64,000 nt of DNA from Candidatus Algichlamydia australiensis (GTDB lineage Bacteria > Chlamydiota > Chlamydiia > Chlamydiales > JAJFMI01): positions 352,001 through 416,000 of the forward strand of contig JAXCHI010000004.1 of the NCBI GenBank assembly GCA_033977065.1, given 5' to 3'. Below are positions 19,914-29,693 of the stretch, in pieces. The position numbers and the translations under genes were made by a program. The stretch's first letter is position 1, and each line of letters starts with the position of its first letter. The notes below the pieces were generated by a model. That model ran no database searches and was not told the origin of the DNA. It saw only the letters and a list, made by a program, of their open reading frames with translations.

Positions 19914-20490
19914 TTACCAATGCCATGAGATAGGGTTCGATTCTTACCCTAAACTTTTTAGCATATGCTTGTATTTTTGGAATACTAATGGGATCTTTTT
20001 TGTTTTCTAGTGCACTCTTCAGCGAAGAAATAGCGATTTCAGGTCCAAGAAAACGAAACGTATCGATAATTGTACGTTCACGATCAAAGATAGGAATTTT
20101 TGTTCCCATGAGGTCAATTTCAGTTTTTCCAAGCTCAATGTTTCGAGTGCGCGTAAGGCGCACTTCAGGCTTAACTTTTATCGAAGTATTATGGTCGATC
20201 GCAATCCAGTGTTGACGAGGAAGCTGGTCAGTAATTTCATAAACTGCAAGAGCTGATGTTAGGCAAATAACCCCGCTTTTAATGGAGAGGGCTGTTTCAA
20301 TAAGATCTTCCCACTGAAAAAAGGGCTCTTCATAATCTGAAAATTTATATACCCCATGCCGAATGCGTTGGATAAGTTTCAGCTTTGCATAGTAGCTAAG
20401 TTGTGCTGAACTGATTCCATGAGCATGGGCATCCTTTGTAAAAAATACTGGAGTAGCTCGCAGAGCTTGAAGTTTTTCAATAAGTTCCAT
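19906..20490 (-). CDS. AbiEi-type antitoxin / transcriptional regulator
   Basis: N-terminal wHTH (IQRIRHGVY), GVICLTSALAVYEITDQLP and FDRERTIID; overlaps the toxin start. Confidence 0.92.
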   Translation of the reverse strand: MELIEKLQALRATPVFFTKDAHAHGISSAQLSYYAKLKLIQRIRHGVYKFSDYEEPFFQWEDLIETALSIKSGVICLTSALAVYEITDQLPRQHWIAIDHNTSIKVKPEVRLTRTRNIELGKTEIDLMGTKIPIFDRERTIIDTFRFLGPEIAISSLKSALENKKDPISIPKIQAYAKKFRVRIEPYLMALVIE

Positions 20491-20496
20491 GTCTGT

Positions 20497-20545
20497 ATTT
20501 TAATATTAACACCCAATAACGTCAAATGGGTGTTAATATTAAAAT
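20497..20545. promoter_or_regulatory. AbiE operator inverted repeat overlapping a leaderless promoter
   Basis: Perfect 19 bp arms ATTTTAATATTAACACCCA / TGGGTGTTAATATTAAAAT with 11 bp spacer; minus strand TTGACG-17-TAAAAT-6 nt-ATG. Confidence 0.85.
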
Positions 20546-21105
20546 TTTAGAAGAAATCGGTAGGGGAGTTTGGCATCTTCCCCTGCATAATCCACACCAA
20601 TACGGGGCGTGGTTTGAATTTCTCCAACTAGATTCGGATTCTCTTGTAGAAAGATCTGGTTGCGGGTGAGAGAAAGTCCTGTATGAGAGGTGGTGATCCC
20701 AAGTGCTTGGGTAAGGGTGCCAGGACCAGAAGAGAGGGGGCTGCGATTTTTGCGACGCTCTCTCATGATGGGTATTCCGTGCGTAGGATGAATTGCTCGG
20801 ATGAGAATGGCGTGGGGTGTATCTTTTTTGTGCGTAACAATATTGAAAAGGTGATGCATGCCGTAGCAGAGGTAGACGTAAGCGATGCCACCGGCTGCGA
20901 ACATAGGTTCGGTTCGGTTGGTGCGACGATTGCCAAATGCGTGGCAGGCGCGATCAGTGGCACCAAGATATGCCTCTGTTTCTATAATAATACCACCTGT
21001 TAGTTGGTTGTTAAAATTGGTGAAGAGTGTTTTTCCAAGGAGAGACTTTGCAAGAGCTGTTGTGTCTTCTTGTCGAAAGTAGTCGAGAGTTAGAAGATTC
21101 TCCAT
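20539..21105 (-). CDS. mpg: DNA-3-methyladenine glycosylase
   Basis: IIETEAYLG, YVYLCYGMH, AILIRA, GPGTL and TPRIGV motifs. Confidence 0.95.
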   Translation of the reverse strand: MENLLTLDYFRQEDTTALAKSLLGKTLFTNFNNQLTGGIIIETEAYLGATDRACHAFGNRRTNRTEPMFAAGGIAYVYLCYGMHHLFNIVTHKKDTPHAILIRAIHPTHGIPIMRERRKNRSPLSSGPGTLTQALGITTSHTGLSLTRNQIFLQENPNLVGEIQTTPRIGVDYAGEDAKLPYRFLLKF

Positions 21106-21151
21106 CTCTAAATAGTTTATGCAAGAATAAGAAGGTAGTCAAGTGGTGGGA

Positions 21152-21331
21152 CTTTCTTACGGAAACTCTGAACAACTCATCCACCGATATCTCGGCCGAG
21201 AAATTCTAGAAAAGATTATTTTCAATCTCCAATAACTGTATACAGTTATTTACGGTCTCCAAATAACCTTTTTTAGAATTTTCGGCTCGACCTATCGGTA
21301 CAGCAGTTGTTCAGTGCTTCCTTACCGAAAG
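21152..21331. repeat. Long imperfect palindrome (~90 bp arms) with perfect 20 bp centre
   Basis: Centre AATAACTGTATACAGTTATT (21231-21250); paired blocks CTGAACAACT/AGTTGTTCAG, ACCGATA/TATCGGT and AAATTCTA/TAGAATTT. Confidence 0.85.
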
Positions 21332-21483
21332 CTTGAATCTTAAAATCAAGGTTCTGTTTAACTGTACCCAAAAGCAGTACAGTAGAAATTGTTAACTCTT
21401 GTATTGCAGTCCGCTCTATGCTTTAAGGATGGTTTTTTCAAAAGGGGCATACACGAACTCTTAATTTTGCTACAATTGCTACC

Positions 21484-22629
21484 ATGGAAACAAACTTTGA
21501 AGAAAATATCTACGATTTGATAGAGGAGTTGGCACATTTCCAATATTATATCGAATCTGTAGATCGTATTTGGGATATCTTATTTCCAGATAACAAAAAC
21601 AAGTATCATCATATCAGAATTTCCCACTCGTATGATCTCTTTTACCTATTCCATATGGATGGCAATCTTTGCAATTTAGAGGTTGAAAAAAACAAGTGTG
21701 TGCGGGCTGGATCATCATTTGGTTCTCGCTCGTGTGATGATGGGAGTGAGTTTTTTGCCAAGGTTTGGAATCCTTTAATTACTTCTGCTCTAAAGTGGCT
21801 TCGCTTTGCAAAGAAAAATTGGATTAAAGCTGCCAAAGAGGTATATGCGTCTTATCCTCTTAACCGCCGCTATGGAGTCGTTTCCAACTCTTTTGTAAAA
21901 GCTTCGCTACAAAATCTCTATCATATTGACAAAGAGCTAGGAAAAACAAAAACGAAAAAATTTATTCGTTTAGTTGAGCAAGGATATTTTCATAAAAGCG
22001 AAAATACAACTCGAGAAACAATGACAGCCAATGATTTTTTTGAGTACTGTAAAATTGCCTACATAGCAGGCAAGCGAAAAGAGGACTATGTTGATGAAAA
22101 TTTGACAGGGCGCGAAATGTATGAGCGCTACGCTGATGGGCGTGATGAGGGTCTTTTAGAGATTTCCCCCGATTCGAAAATTGAATTTGCCGATTGGATT
22201 GATGGTAAACATCCGAAAAAATCGAGCGGTGGACATCCTTGGGAAATTAAACGAGGTGGCAATACTACCCACATTGATCTTTCCGTCTCACGCCCTTTAT
22301 ATTATCGAGATGAGGGTTTTACAGTCTCTCTGTGTGGGGCTTCTGCTGGCCGACTAAAGGAAACAGTTTGTATGTTTTTGGCTATTCAAAAAGCAGGTCT
22401 ACCCATTACGATTCATGATCCAGAAGGAATTCGAAAGAGGCTTCTTGCTCAAGACAATATTGGTATTATCCCCTGTCATCACTCGCTGCATCGAGCAAAT
22501 CAGCATTTTCATGAGCATGAAGATGTCTATGATGTTCTCTACTTTGATGATTTAGGAAGATTTAAGCAGAGGATCAAACCCTTTGTTCTTTGGGAACCGC
22601 TGCCAATTCTTAAACCTTTAACTCTGTGA
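21484..22629 (+). CDS. Hypothetical protein (381 aa)
   Basis: Long ORF with its own TGC-TACAAT promoter and motif-like DGRDEGL and GGHPWEIKRGGNTTHIDL; function not recognised. Confidence 0.8.
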   Translation: METNFEENIYDLIEELAHFQYYIESVDRIWDILFPDNKNKYHHIRISHSYDLFYLFHMDGNLCNLEVEKNKCVRAGSSFGSRSCDDGSEFFAKVWNPLITSALKWLRFAKKNWIKAAKEVYASYPLNRRYGVVSNSFVKASLQNLYHIDKELGKTKTKKFIRLVEQGYFHKSENTTRETMTANDFFEYCKIAYIAGKRKEDYVDENLTGREMYERYADGRDEGLLEISPDSKIEFADWIDGKHPKKSSGGHPWEIKRGGNTTHIDLSVSRPLYYRDEGFTVSLCGASAGRLKETVCMFLAIQKAGLPITIHDPEGIRKRLLAQDNIGIIPCHHSLHRANQHFHEHEDVYDVLYFDDLGRFKQRIKPFVLWEPLPILKPLTL

Positions 22630-22630
22630 G

Positions 22631-24499
22631 CTATGAAAGGATTTTCCAGTCGGTAGTTTGCTCGATAAGGTCGACGTGTTCGAGTTCTACTTTGAGGCGG
22701 GTGCCTGGCGTAAAGTGGCGGCCAGTGCGCTCGCCTAAAAGATCGCCCTGTTTAGGGTCAAAAATATAGTAGTCAGAGCCTATTTCTGAGATGTGGACGA
22801 AGGATTCGATCATGAGAGGTTCGATGTTGAGTATTAAGCCAAAAGGTTTAATTTTAGAGACGAGGGCTTCAAAATGCACACGCTTTTTCTTTTTTTGTAG
22901 GTAGTTAAGGAGACGAAGCTTTTTGAGGTTGAGGACGCTGGATTCGGCGCGGAAAGAGAGACGCTCTTGCTCAGAGAGGTGAGAGGCGATTTGTTCGATG
23001 TTTTCTGAAGGGATTTTGTCGAAAAGAAGACGGTGGACGATGAGATCGCTGTAGCGGCGAATGGGACTTGTAAAATGGGTATAATGCTCAAGGGAGAGGC
23101 CGTAATGGCCAACGTTTTCGGGTGAGTAGGTCGCCAATTTCATACTGCGGATAAAGGCGACTGAAATCTGCTTTTCGTGTGGTGTGCCGCGCGCGCTATC
23201 GAAAAGTTTTTGGATTTCAGCGGGAGTAGGGTTCGCTGTGAGAGGAAAGCCGAGGAGGCGAGCAACAGCGTAGAAATCTTCCAAATTTTCTTCTGCCGGT
23301 GTATCATGGATCCGAAAAATTCCTTTAACACCACGCTTGAGAAGTGTACCAGCGACGATTTCATTCGCTTTAAGCATAAATTCTTCCACCATCTGGTGGG
23401 TGATGTCATACTCTTCCAAGCGGTAGCCTGTGGGGACGCCTTTGTCGTTGATTTCAAGGATAAGTTCCGGCATGGCAAGATCGACGCTGCCGCGCTTACG
23501 ACGTAAGTTTTTGAGCAGGCTACAGAGCTTGGTCATTAGCTGTAGTGTTTTTTTGTGTGGGCTCTTTTTTTTATTTTCTAAAACCTCACGCGCTTGTGAG
23601 TAGGTAAAGCGTTTTTTACTCTGAATAACTGAGCGGTAAATTTCATGGTTTTGTAGGTTGCCGTTTTCATCAAATTCCATCTCAACGGTAGCTGCAAGAC
23701 GATCTACTTTTTCTTTGAGGCTGCAGAGGTTGTTGGAGAGCTCTTCTGGCAGCATGGGGATACAGCGTTTTGGAAAGTAGGTGGAGTTAGCGCGTTTTTT
23801 AGCTTCAACATCGAGAGGAGAATCGGGGAGGACATAAGCAGAAACATCCGCTATATGGACAAAGAGACGGTAGCCTTGTGGGGTGGTTTCGACAAAAAGG
23901 GCGTCATCGAAATCTTTGGCAGTTGTGGGGTCGATGGTCACGCAAGGTTGATCAGTGAGGTCGCGACGGTTTTTTTTGTCAGAGGAGCTTACCTCTTTGC
24001 CATACTTTTTTGCGTTGCTGACAACGCTTTTGGGGAAAGAGGCGCTCAGTTCGAATTCGAGCAGGGCAACATCTACATCGATGGCAGCGTTTTTAATCGA
24101 TCCTAGATTTTTTTTAAGACTGCAAGTAATAAGATCTTCATTCCAATCTGTGACGGTGATGAGAACTCGATCCCCTTCCGAGAGGTTTTTTGGCTTTGGA
24201 ATGCAAACATATTTCTCAGGGCCAAGAACAGGCACGAAAACTTCGGCCTCGTCGCGGTCGACATCGCGAACGATCCCGATCAGGTCTTTGCGATTGCGTT
24301 TAATGATTTTGAGAACGCGCCCTTCTGGACCTTTACTGCTCAATTTTGGTGAAATTTTAGCTAGGACGGTGTCTCCATCAGCTGCAGAGGCGATGTGAGG
24401 CTTGGGTATAAAAATGTCATCTCCGCCTTCTACAAGAACGAATCCAAATCCACGGGGGTGAACACGTATTGTACTGATGATTTCATTGCTTTTTTTCAT
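22631..24499 (-). CDS. rnr: Ribonuclease R
   Basis: HPRGFGFV cold-shock domain, TIDPTTAKDFDDAL, VEEFMLKAN, YTHFTSPIRRYSDL and C-terminal S1. Confidence 0.96.
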   Translation of the reverse strand: MKKSNEIISTIRVHPRGFGFVLVEGGDDIFIPKPHIASAADGDTVLAKISPKLSSKGPEGRVLKIIKRNRKDLIGIVRDVDRDEAEVFVPVLGPEKYVCIPKPKNLSEGDRVLITVTDWNEDLITCSLKKNLGSIKNAAIDVDVALLEFELSASFPKSVVSNAKKYGKEVSSSDKKNRRDLTDQPCVTIDPTTAKDFDDALFVETTPQGYRLFVHIADVSAYVLPDSPLDVEAKKRANSTYFPKRCIPMLPEELSNNLCSLKEKVDRLAATVEMEFDENGNLQNHEIYRSVIQSKKRFTYSQAREVLENKKKSPHKKTLQLMTKLCSLLKNLRRKRGSVDLAMPELILEINDKGVPTGYRLEEYDITHQMVEEFMLKANEIVAGTLLKRGVKGIFRIHDTPAEENLEDFYAVARLLGFPLTANPTPAEIQKLFDSARGTPHEKQISVAFIRSMKLATYSPENVGHYGLSLEHYTHFTSPIRRYSDLIVHRLLFDKIPSENIEQIASHLSEQERLSFRAESSVLNLKKLRLLNYLQKKKKRVHFEALVSKIKPFGLILNIEPLMIESFVHISEIGSDYYIFDPKQGDLLGERTGRHFTPGTRLKVELEHVDLIEQTTDWKILS

Positions 24500-24652
24500 C
24501 CTCTCATTGTACCACAGGCGAGCTCCTTCGACAAACGAATTGGAAAAAGAAAAAACTTCATCAAGGGTATTGCAAAGGAAAAATAAGATTTGTTAATGTG
24601 TTTTCATCGATATTGTAAAGTAAAATTAGAATTGTGAACCCAGGAGGAACGC

Positions 24653-27454
24653 ATGAAAAAAATGGCAATTATTGGGCTGTTTTCTCTCTTTGCGATAGGA
24701 AATATCCAAGGAGAAAACAGAGAGGATCTACGCGGGTTGCGTGGTGACACTGAGAGAGTGGAGGTCGAAGAGCAAAACGAGCACTTCTTCCTTCTCGAAG
24801 ATGATGCGATCATCGAGTATGATATTTTTGCTCTTGCTAAGGGAGAAACTCTCTCGTTTAAGCAGAAGAGCCAAGATTCCTGGGGGCTTGTGCGTTTTAC
24901 GTCGAAGGAGCCTGTAAAGATTTCTGGGAAGGTTGTAGCAAATGGAAATCTGCTTCTCTGCTGCCCTGCAGGTTTTGTGATTGATGGAACAATGAAGAGC
25001 GCGGGTATGATTCTTACAGCAAAGGAGATCACAGATAGGAGTTTTCTTTCTGATGATGCATGGCAATTTGCTGAATCAGGTGGAGACATTTATGTCAGCG
25101 GAACAATTGAGGTAACAGATAGTGATCTCTATCTATTTGCTGATAAAATCACAAACATTGGTGACTGGGCAGGTCCTGATAAAATGTGGGCAGCAACGCA
25201 TAAAAAAATCACCCTCTTCCCTAATCAAGGGGTTGGAGAGGCTTTGGGCTCTGTCCATAACAATGGTCAAATAAGAGCAAACTCAATCAAGATAGATTCT
25301 AAAGAGGTTGTCAACACAGGGGTTGTTGCTGCGCTCGGACTTGAAGGAAGTGTTGAGATGTTTGCTAAAAACGGTGAGCTCATTCAAGAGGGTGTAGTTA
25401 AAGCTCGCTGCGGTGATCATGGAGGAAATGTTGTCATCTGTGGACATGAAGTGACTTTTACAGCGGACTCAATGGTCGATGTGAGCGGAGATCTAGGAGG
25501 TGGTCACGTTTCTGTTCAGGGAGATAAATGCTTTCTTGCTTCAGACGCTACAGGATTTACTTTAGTTGAAGGTGGCGAGGTGGTCTATCGGGGGCCAGCC
25601 CCAACGTCTGAAGAAGAGATGCGCGAAATGCTTGAAAGAAGAAGAAGCAATGTAGGTGTTTTACAGCCACTTTTTAATGCAGATGCTCTTATTGAAGGAG
25701 ATGGGGGATCTATTTCTATTCATTCCAATCATGAGCAAATGTTTGGGGCACAAATTCTTGCAAGAGGAGCCGGTAGTAGAGGAAATGGGGGGATTGCAGA
25801 AATTTGCTCTAAGGGTTCTCTAAGTTATACTGGTTCGGTGGACATGATGGCACCAGAAGGGAGGTCGGGTCATCTTCTTCTCGATCCTAAGTATGTAACA
25901 ATTGGAGTACTGGGTAATGATCCCGCAACAGGAAACTCTTTCGCTTCGGATGCTTCAGGAACAGTCACAATTTCAGGAGCAGATCTTGAAGCGGCTCTCA
26001 ACTCGGCTTCTGTAACAATCCAGGCAAATACAGATATCACTTTTGGAGACACGGTTGTTGCGACTACAAGCGGAAACGGACTTACCTTACAAGCTGGTCG
26101 TTCGATCTATTTCACTAGTGGGGGAGACTTAACTCTAAATAATGCGCCTTTTTTAGCGACAATTAACGATGCAGCGGCAGTTGCAGCGGATCGTGAACCG
26201 GGAGACGCTGTTTTCCAAATGTATGATGGTACAAGGATTTTTACTCAAGGTGGAGATATTACTGTCAGCCTAAGTAATTTTACGGGAAACTTTGAAGGAA
26301 GAGTTATTCTTGGGCAGGCAATTGTAGAGGCCGTTGGGGGTACGATTACAATGACGGGTACAGGATTTCCTGGTCTTTCAAACCAAAGCGGTATCCGTTT
26401 ATCTAATACTATAGTTTCTACAGTAGGCGATATTAACCTATTAGGAACAGGCGGTGCAGGTGTAGACAATAACATTGGTATCTATGCTACTGGAAGAGAG
26501 GCTCATATTTTGGGGGGGGCCGGTTTAATTACGATGAATGGAACAGGGGGCAACTCAACGGGAAGCAGTAACCAAGGAGTTCGTTTAGAAAGTGGAGCCT
26601 CAGTTCGAACGACAAGCGGTAGTATCAATATAAATGGGAATGCAGGTGGGGGTACAGACTGGAATATGGGTGTTATTCTTTCTGGGACGGGCTCAAAAGT
26701 AACATCTACAGATGGGGATATCGATTTGACGGGGGTTGCTTCAGGTACAGGGCAGATGAATCAAGGGGTTCGTCTTGAAATTGGTTCATTTGTAACGTCA
26801 ACAGGAACCGGATCAAATGCAGGGATAATTAACATTGATGGAACAGCTGCACCAGGTCTTGCTAACTGTACAGGAGTCTGCGTTTCTGGAGATGGGTCTC
26901 TTATTAGTTCTGTAAAAGGTAACATTTCTGTAACGGGGGTTGGTGATAGTGATGGTACAAATATTTGCGATCAGGGTGTTCGTTTAGAAGCGCGCGGAAA
27001 AATTGTTTCTACAGGTTTAGGAACAGATGCGGCAACAATAACGGTTATAGGGAATGGTGGTGCTGGAACGGACCATAACGATGGAGTGATTCTTTCTGGT
27101 GGTGGTTCAGTAATTACATCTGTTGATGGAGATATTAGTGTTACAGGAATAGGAGCTGGTACCGGCAGTCAAAACCAAGGAATTCGTTGCGAAAGCAAGG
27201 GAAGTATTCTTTCTACTGGTACTGGTGTAAACGCCTCAAATATTAATTGCATAGGCACGGGTGCAAATGGCACTAGTATGAATAATGGAGTACTTCTTAT
27301 TGGAGTAGGTTCCATGATTGACGCAGTTGATGGTGATATTGGTGTAACAGGGACGGCTCAAGGAGGAGGACCTACAGAAGGTGTTTCAGAGCAGGGGGGA
27401 ACCATAAACTCTGCAAATGGAACCGTTTCGATTACAAGCAACGATGTACCTTAA
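24653..27454 (+). CDS. Filamentous-haemagglutinin-like beta-helical exported protein
   Basis: AGGAGG SD and signal peptide; TPS-like ISGKVVANGNLLL; GNGGIAEICSK...GHLLLDP; C-terminal Gly/Thr repeats with NQGVRLE. Confidence 0.8.
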   Translation: MKKMAIIGLFSLFAIGNIQGENREDLRGLRGDTERVEVEEQNEHFFLLEDDAIIEYDIFALAKGETLSFKQKSQDSWGLVRFTSKEPVKISGKVVANGNLLLCCPAGFVIDGTMKSAGMILTAKEITDRSFLSDDAWQFAESGGDIYVSGTIEVTDSDLYLFADKITNIGDWAGPDKMWAATHKKITLFPNQGVGEALGSVHNNGQIRANSIKIDSKEVVNTGVVAALGLEGSVEMFAKNGELIQEGVVKARCGDHGGNVVICGHEVTFTADSMVDVSGDLGGGHVSVQGDKCFLASDATGFTLVEGGEVVYRGPAPTSEEEMREMLERRRSNVGVLQPLFNADALIEGDGGSISIHSNHEQMFGAQILARGAGSRGNGGIAEICSKGSLSYTGSVDMMAPEGRSGHLLLDPKYVTIGVLGNDPATGNSFASDASGTVTISGADLEAALNSASVTIQANTDITFGDTVVATTSGNGLTLQAGRSIYFTSGGDLTLNNAPFLATINDAAAVAADREPGDAVFQMYDGTRIFTQGGDITVSLSNFTGNFEGRVILGQAIVEAVGGTITMTGTGFPGLSNQSGIRLSNTIVSTVGDINLLGTGGAGVDNNIGIYATGREAHILGGAGLITMNGTGGNSTGSSNQGVRLESGASVRTTSGSININGNAGGGTDWNMGVILSGTGSKVTSTDGDIDLTGVASGTGQMNQGVRLEIGSFVTSTGTGSNAGIINIDGTAAPGLANCTGVCVSGDGSLISSVKGNISVTGVGDSDGTNICDQGVRLEARGKIVSTGLGTDAATITVIGNGGAGTDHNDGVILSGGGSVITSVDGDISVTGIGAGTGSQNQGIRCESKGSILSTGTGVNASNINCIGTGANGTSMNNGVLLIGVGSMIDAVDGDIGVTGTAQGGGPTEGVSEQGGTINSANGTVSITSNDVP

Positions 27455-28037
27455 GAACATCGTAGAGGGGCTGAAACCCGGTAAAATGGTGACCATTTAT
27501 ACCGGCTCTTTGAGCCCCTTCAATATTCTCTTTTAAATCATCAATAAAAAGACATTTTTCAGGGCTTGACGAGGCTCTCTTAAGCGCGTGCGCATATATT
27601 TTAGGATCTGGTTTTAAGACACCGACTTCGTAGGATAGTACAAGTTCATCAAAGTGGTGAATAAAATTAAAATAGTCGCGATTAAAGTGAAAATGAATCT
27701 CGTTTGTATTAGAAAGGGCAATAAGTTCAATATCTTTCTTTTTAAGTTCGACTAATAGGGAGACAAGCTCCTCTCTTGGATAAGAATTTTCGTGACTCAT
27801 ATGGTGTTTAAGTTCAGCAATCTCAAGATTGCGATTTGATAAGTGGCTTAGGTGTTGGCAGAGTTCATTAGTCGTTACTTTACCAGATTCATAGAGATCT
27901 AAAAGTTTTTCTTTGAAAAAAAGTTGTTGGATTCGCTCCTGACCAAGCCCTGTAAGAGTTCCTAAGTTTGCGCACATTTTTTCAGGGAAAATTTCAAGAA
28001 CTACATTACCGAGATCAAAGAAGATTGTCGTATACAT
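27432..28037 (-). CDS. HAD-family phosphatase
   Basis: IFFDLGNVV, LSNT, KPDPKIY and FIDD motifs; start placed at MYTTIFFD. Confidence 0.92.
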   Translation of the reverse strand: MYTTIFFDLGNVVLEIFPEKMCANLGTLTGLGQERIQQLFFKEKLLDLYESGKVTTNELCQHLSHLSNRNLEIAELKHHMSHENSYPREELVSLLVELKKKDIELIALSNTNEIHFHFNRDYFNFIHHFDELVLSYEVGVLKPDPKIYAHALKRASSSPEKCLFIDDLKENIEGAQRAGINGHHFTGFQPLYDVLKVHRCL

Positions 28038-28878
28038 AAGTTTCCTCATATTGGTTTTGAACATTTTTTATAAATTCTTTTAATTCCTTTGGATTGTCGT
28101 AGAGCATAGCAGCTGTAGCAATTGCGTCAGCAAGAGCGCAACTCTTTGCCTGTACTGTGACGCTGCGGATTGTCTTTTTGCACCGCAACATTGCCTCTGT
28201 TTTGGGGTTGTAAATATGTGTTTGATTCCCCCAGCGCTGAACGCTATCCCCACTTGTTGCAAGAGAAGAATCTGTAATTTCAATAAGTTGTGATCCTGAA
28301 GCAATTTTCCAAGGGCGGTTAGTAGGGTGTTGTCCCACACAGCGAATTTCTCCGCCCCACTCAACATAAAGAGAGGTATACCCAAGCTTTTTTAATTTTT
28401 TTGCTATGCGGTCGACGGCAAAACCTTTAAGTATCCCATCAAAATCAAAGTAGTTTGCCGTGTGTGCAGCGGTCAGCTCACTTTCGCTTGGAGTTGTTTC
28501 TACATTAAGATGATTCTTCCAAAGCTGAATAAGGGCTCCTTTTGAGGGATCAAATCTTCCGCCAGAGAGCTTTTGGATCCTGTTTGAGATCGCAAGGAGC
28601 TTTTCTACTTCTTTGGGGAGAGTTTTGAGAGTTCCTTTGTTGTACTGTGAGAGAGAAGATTTTGGGTTCCAGTGATTACATGTGCTATCAATTTTGGAAA
28701 ATTCCCTAGCAATGATCTGCTCTACGCGCTTTTTTTTCCACGTATTCAAGGGCTCTCCAACCTTCACTTGGTAGGGAATCGTCATTGCCATCCCTGTGAA
28801 TGTAGAGATCTTCTCTCCCTTTTCACACGCCGTAAAAAGAAAAATTAGAGCGAGTGCCGTCTTTTGAAACTTAGCCAT
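28015..28878 (-). CDS. apbE: FAD:protein FMN transferase (ApbE family lipoprotein)
   Basis: Lipobox FTAC; SGGRFDPS, DGILKGFAVD, GGEIR, ATSGD, HIYNP and ADAIATA. Confidence 0.9.
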   Translation of the reverse strand: MAKFQKTALALIFLFTACEKGEKISTFTGMAMTIPYQVKVGEPLNTWKKKRVEQIIAREFSKIDSTCNHWNPKSSLSQYNKGTLKTLPKEVEKLLAISNRIQKLSGGRFDPSKGALIQLWKNHLNVETTPSESELTAAHTANYFDFDGILKGFAVDRIAKKLKKLGYTSLYVEWGGEIRCVGQHPTNRPWKIASGSQLIEITDSSLATSGDSVQRWGNQTHIYNPKTEAMLRCKKTIRSVTVQAKSCALADAIATAAMLYDNPKELKEFIKNVQNQYEETYVYDNLL

Positions 28879-29693
28879 GTGTTTTTTAGTAACATTGCGA
28901 TCGTCATGGGACCAACACCACCAGGAACAGGTGAGATCGCAGAAGCGACTTTTGCTACCTGATCATAGTCCACATCACCAATCAGTTTTTGATCTTTTGT
29001 GCGGTTGATACCTACGTCAACCACGACAGCTCCCGGCTTTACCATGTTAGCGGAAATTGCCTTAGGTTTTCCCAGCGCTGCGACAAGGATGTCTGCTCGC
29101 TTGCAAACCTCAGCGAGGTTTTTTGTGCGGCTGTGAGCAACAGTGACCGTTGCATCGCGCCCCTTTTGCATTAAAAGGGCTGCCAAGGGCTTTCCTACAA
29201 TGTTGCTCCGTCCCACGATAACGACCTCTTTTCCACTCGTAGAGATCTTGTTGCGCTCAAGTAGTGTCACAATTCCGAGGGGGGTGCAAGAGATCAAACC
29301 GCTCTCATCACCCAATAAAAGTTTTCCTATGTTTTGGGGGTGAAAGCCATCAACATCTTTGTAAATATCAACAGCTCGAATAACTCGTGTGGAGCAGATG
29401 TGGGCAGGTAGAGGCTGTTGCACAATAATCCCATCTATTTCAGCTTCTCCATTTAGCTCCTCGACTTTTGCGAGCAGCTCTCCTTCGGAGATTTTCTCAC
29501 CTAAACGGCAATCAAAAGAGGCGATTCCTACTTTTTCACAAGCAAGAATTTTTCTTTTTATATAAGCCTCAGACGCCGGATTTTTCCCGACAAGAACAAA
29601 AGCGAGACCTGGCCTCACATTGTGAGAGGCAATTTCTCTCTTAATCTCATCTAATATTTGATCTGCAACGATCTTGCCGCTAAGAGTCTTCAT
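28845..29693 (-). CDS. folD: Bifunctional methylenetetrahydrofolate dehydrogenase/cyclohydrolase
   Basis: KDVDGFHP, GRSNIVGKP and PVPGGVGPMTIAML. Confidence 0.97.
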   Translation of the reverse strand: MKTLSGKIVADQILDEIKREIASHNVRPGLAFVLVGKNPASEAYIKRKILACEKVGIASFDCRLGEKISEGELLAKVEELNGEAEIDGIIVQQPLPAHICSTRVIRAVDIYKDVDGFHPQNIGKLLLGDESGLISCTPLGIVTLLERNKISTSGKEVVIVGRSNIVGKPLAALLMQKGRDATVTVAHSRTKNLAEVCKRADILVAALGKPKAISANMVKPGAVVVDVGINRTKDQKLIGDVDYDQVAKVASAISPVPGGVGPMTIAMLLKNTWLSFKRRHSL

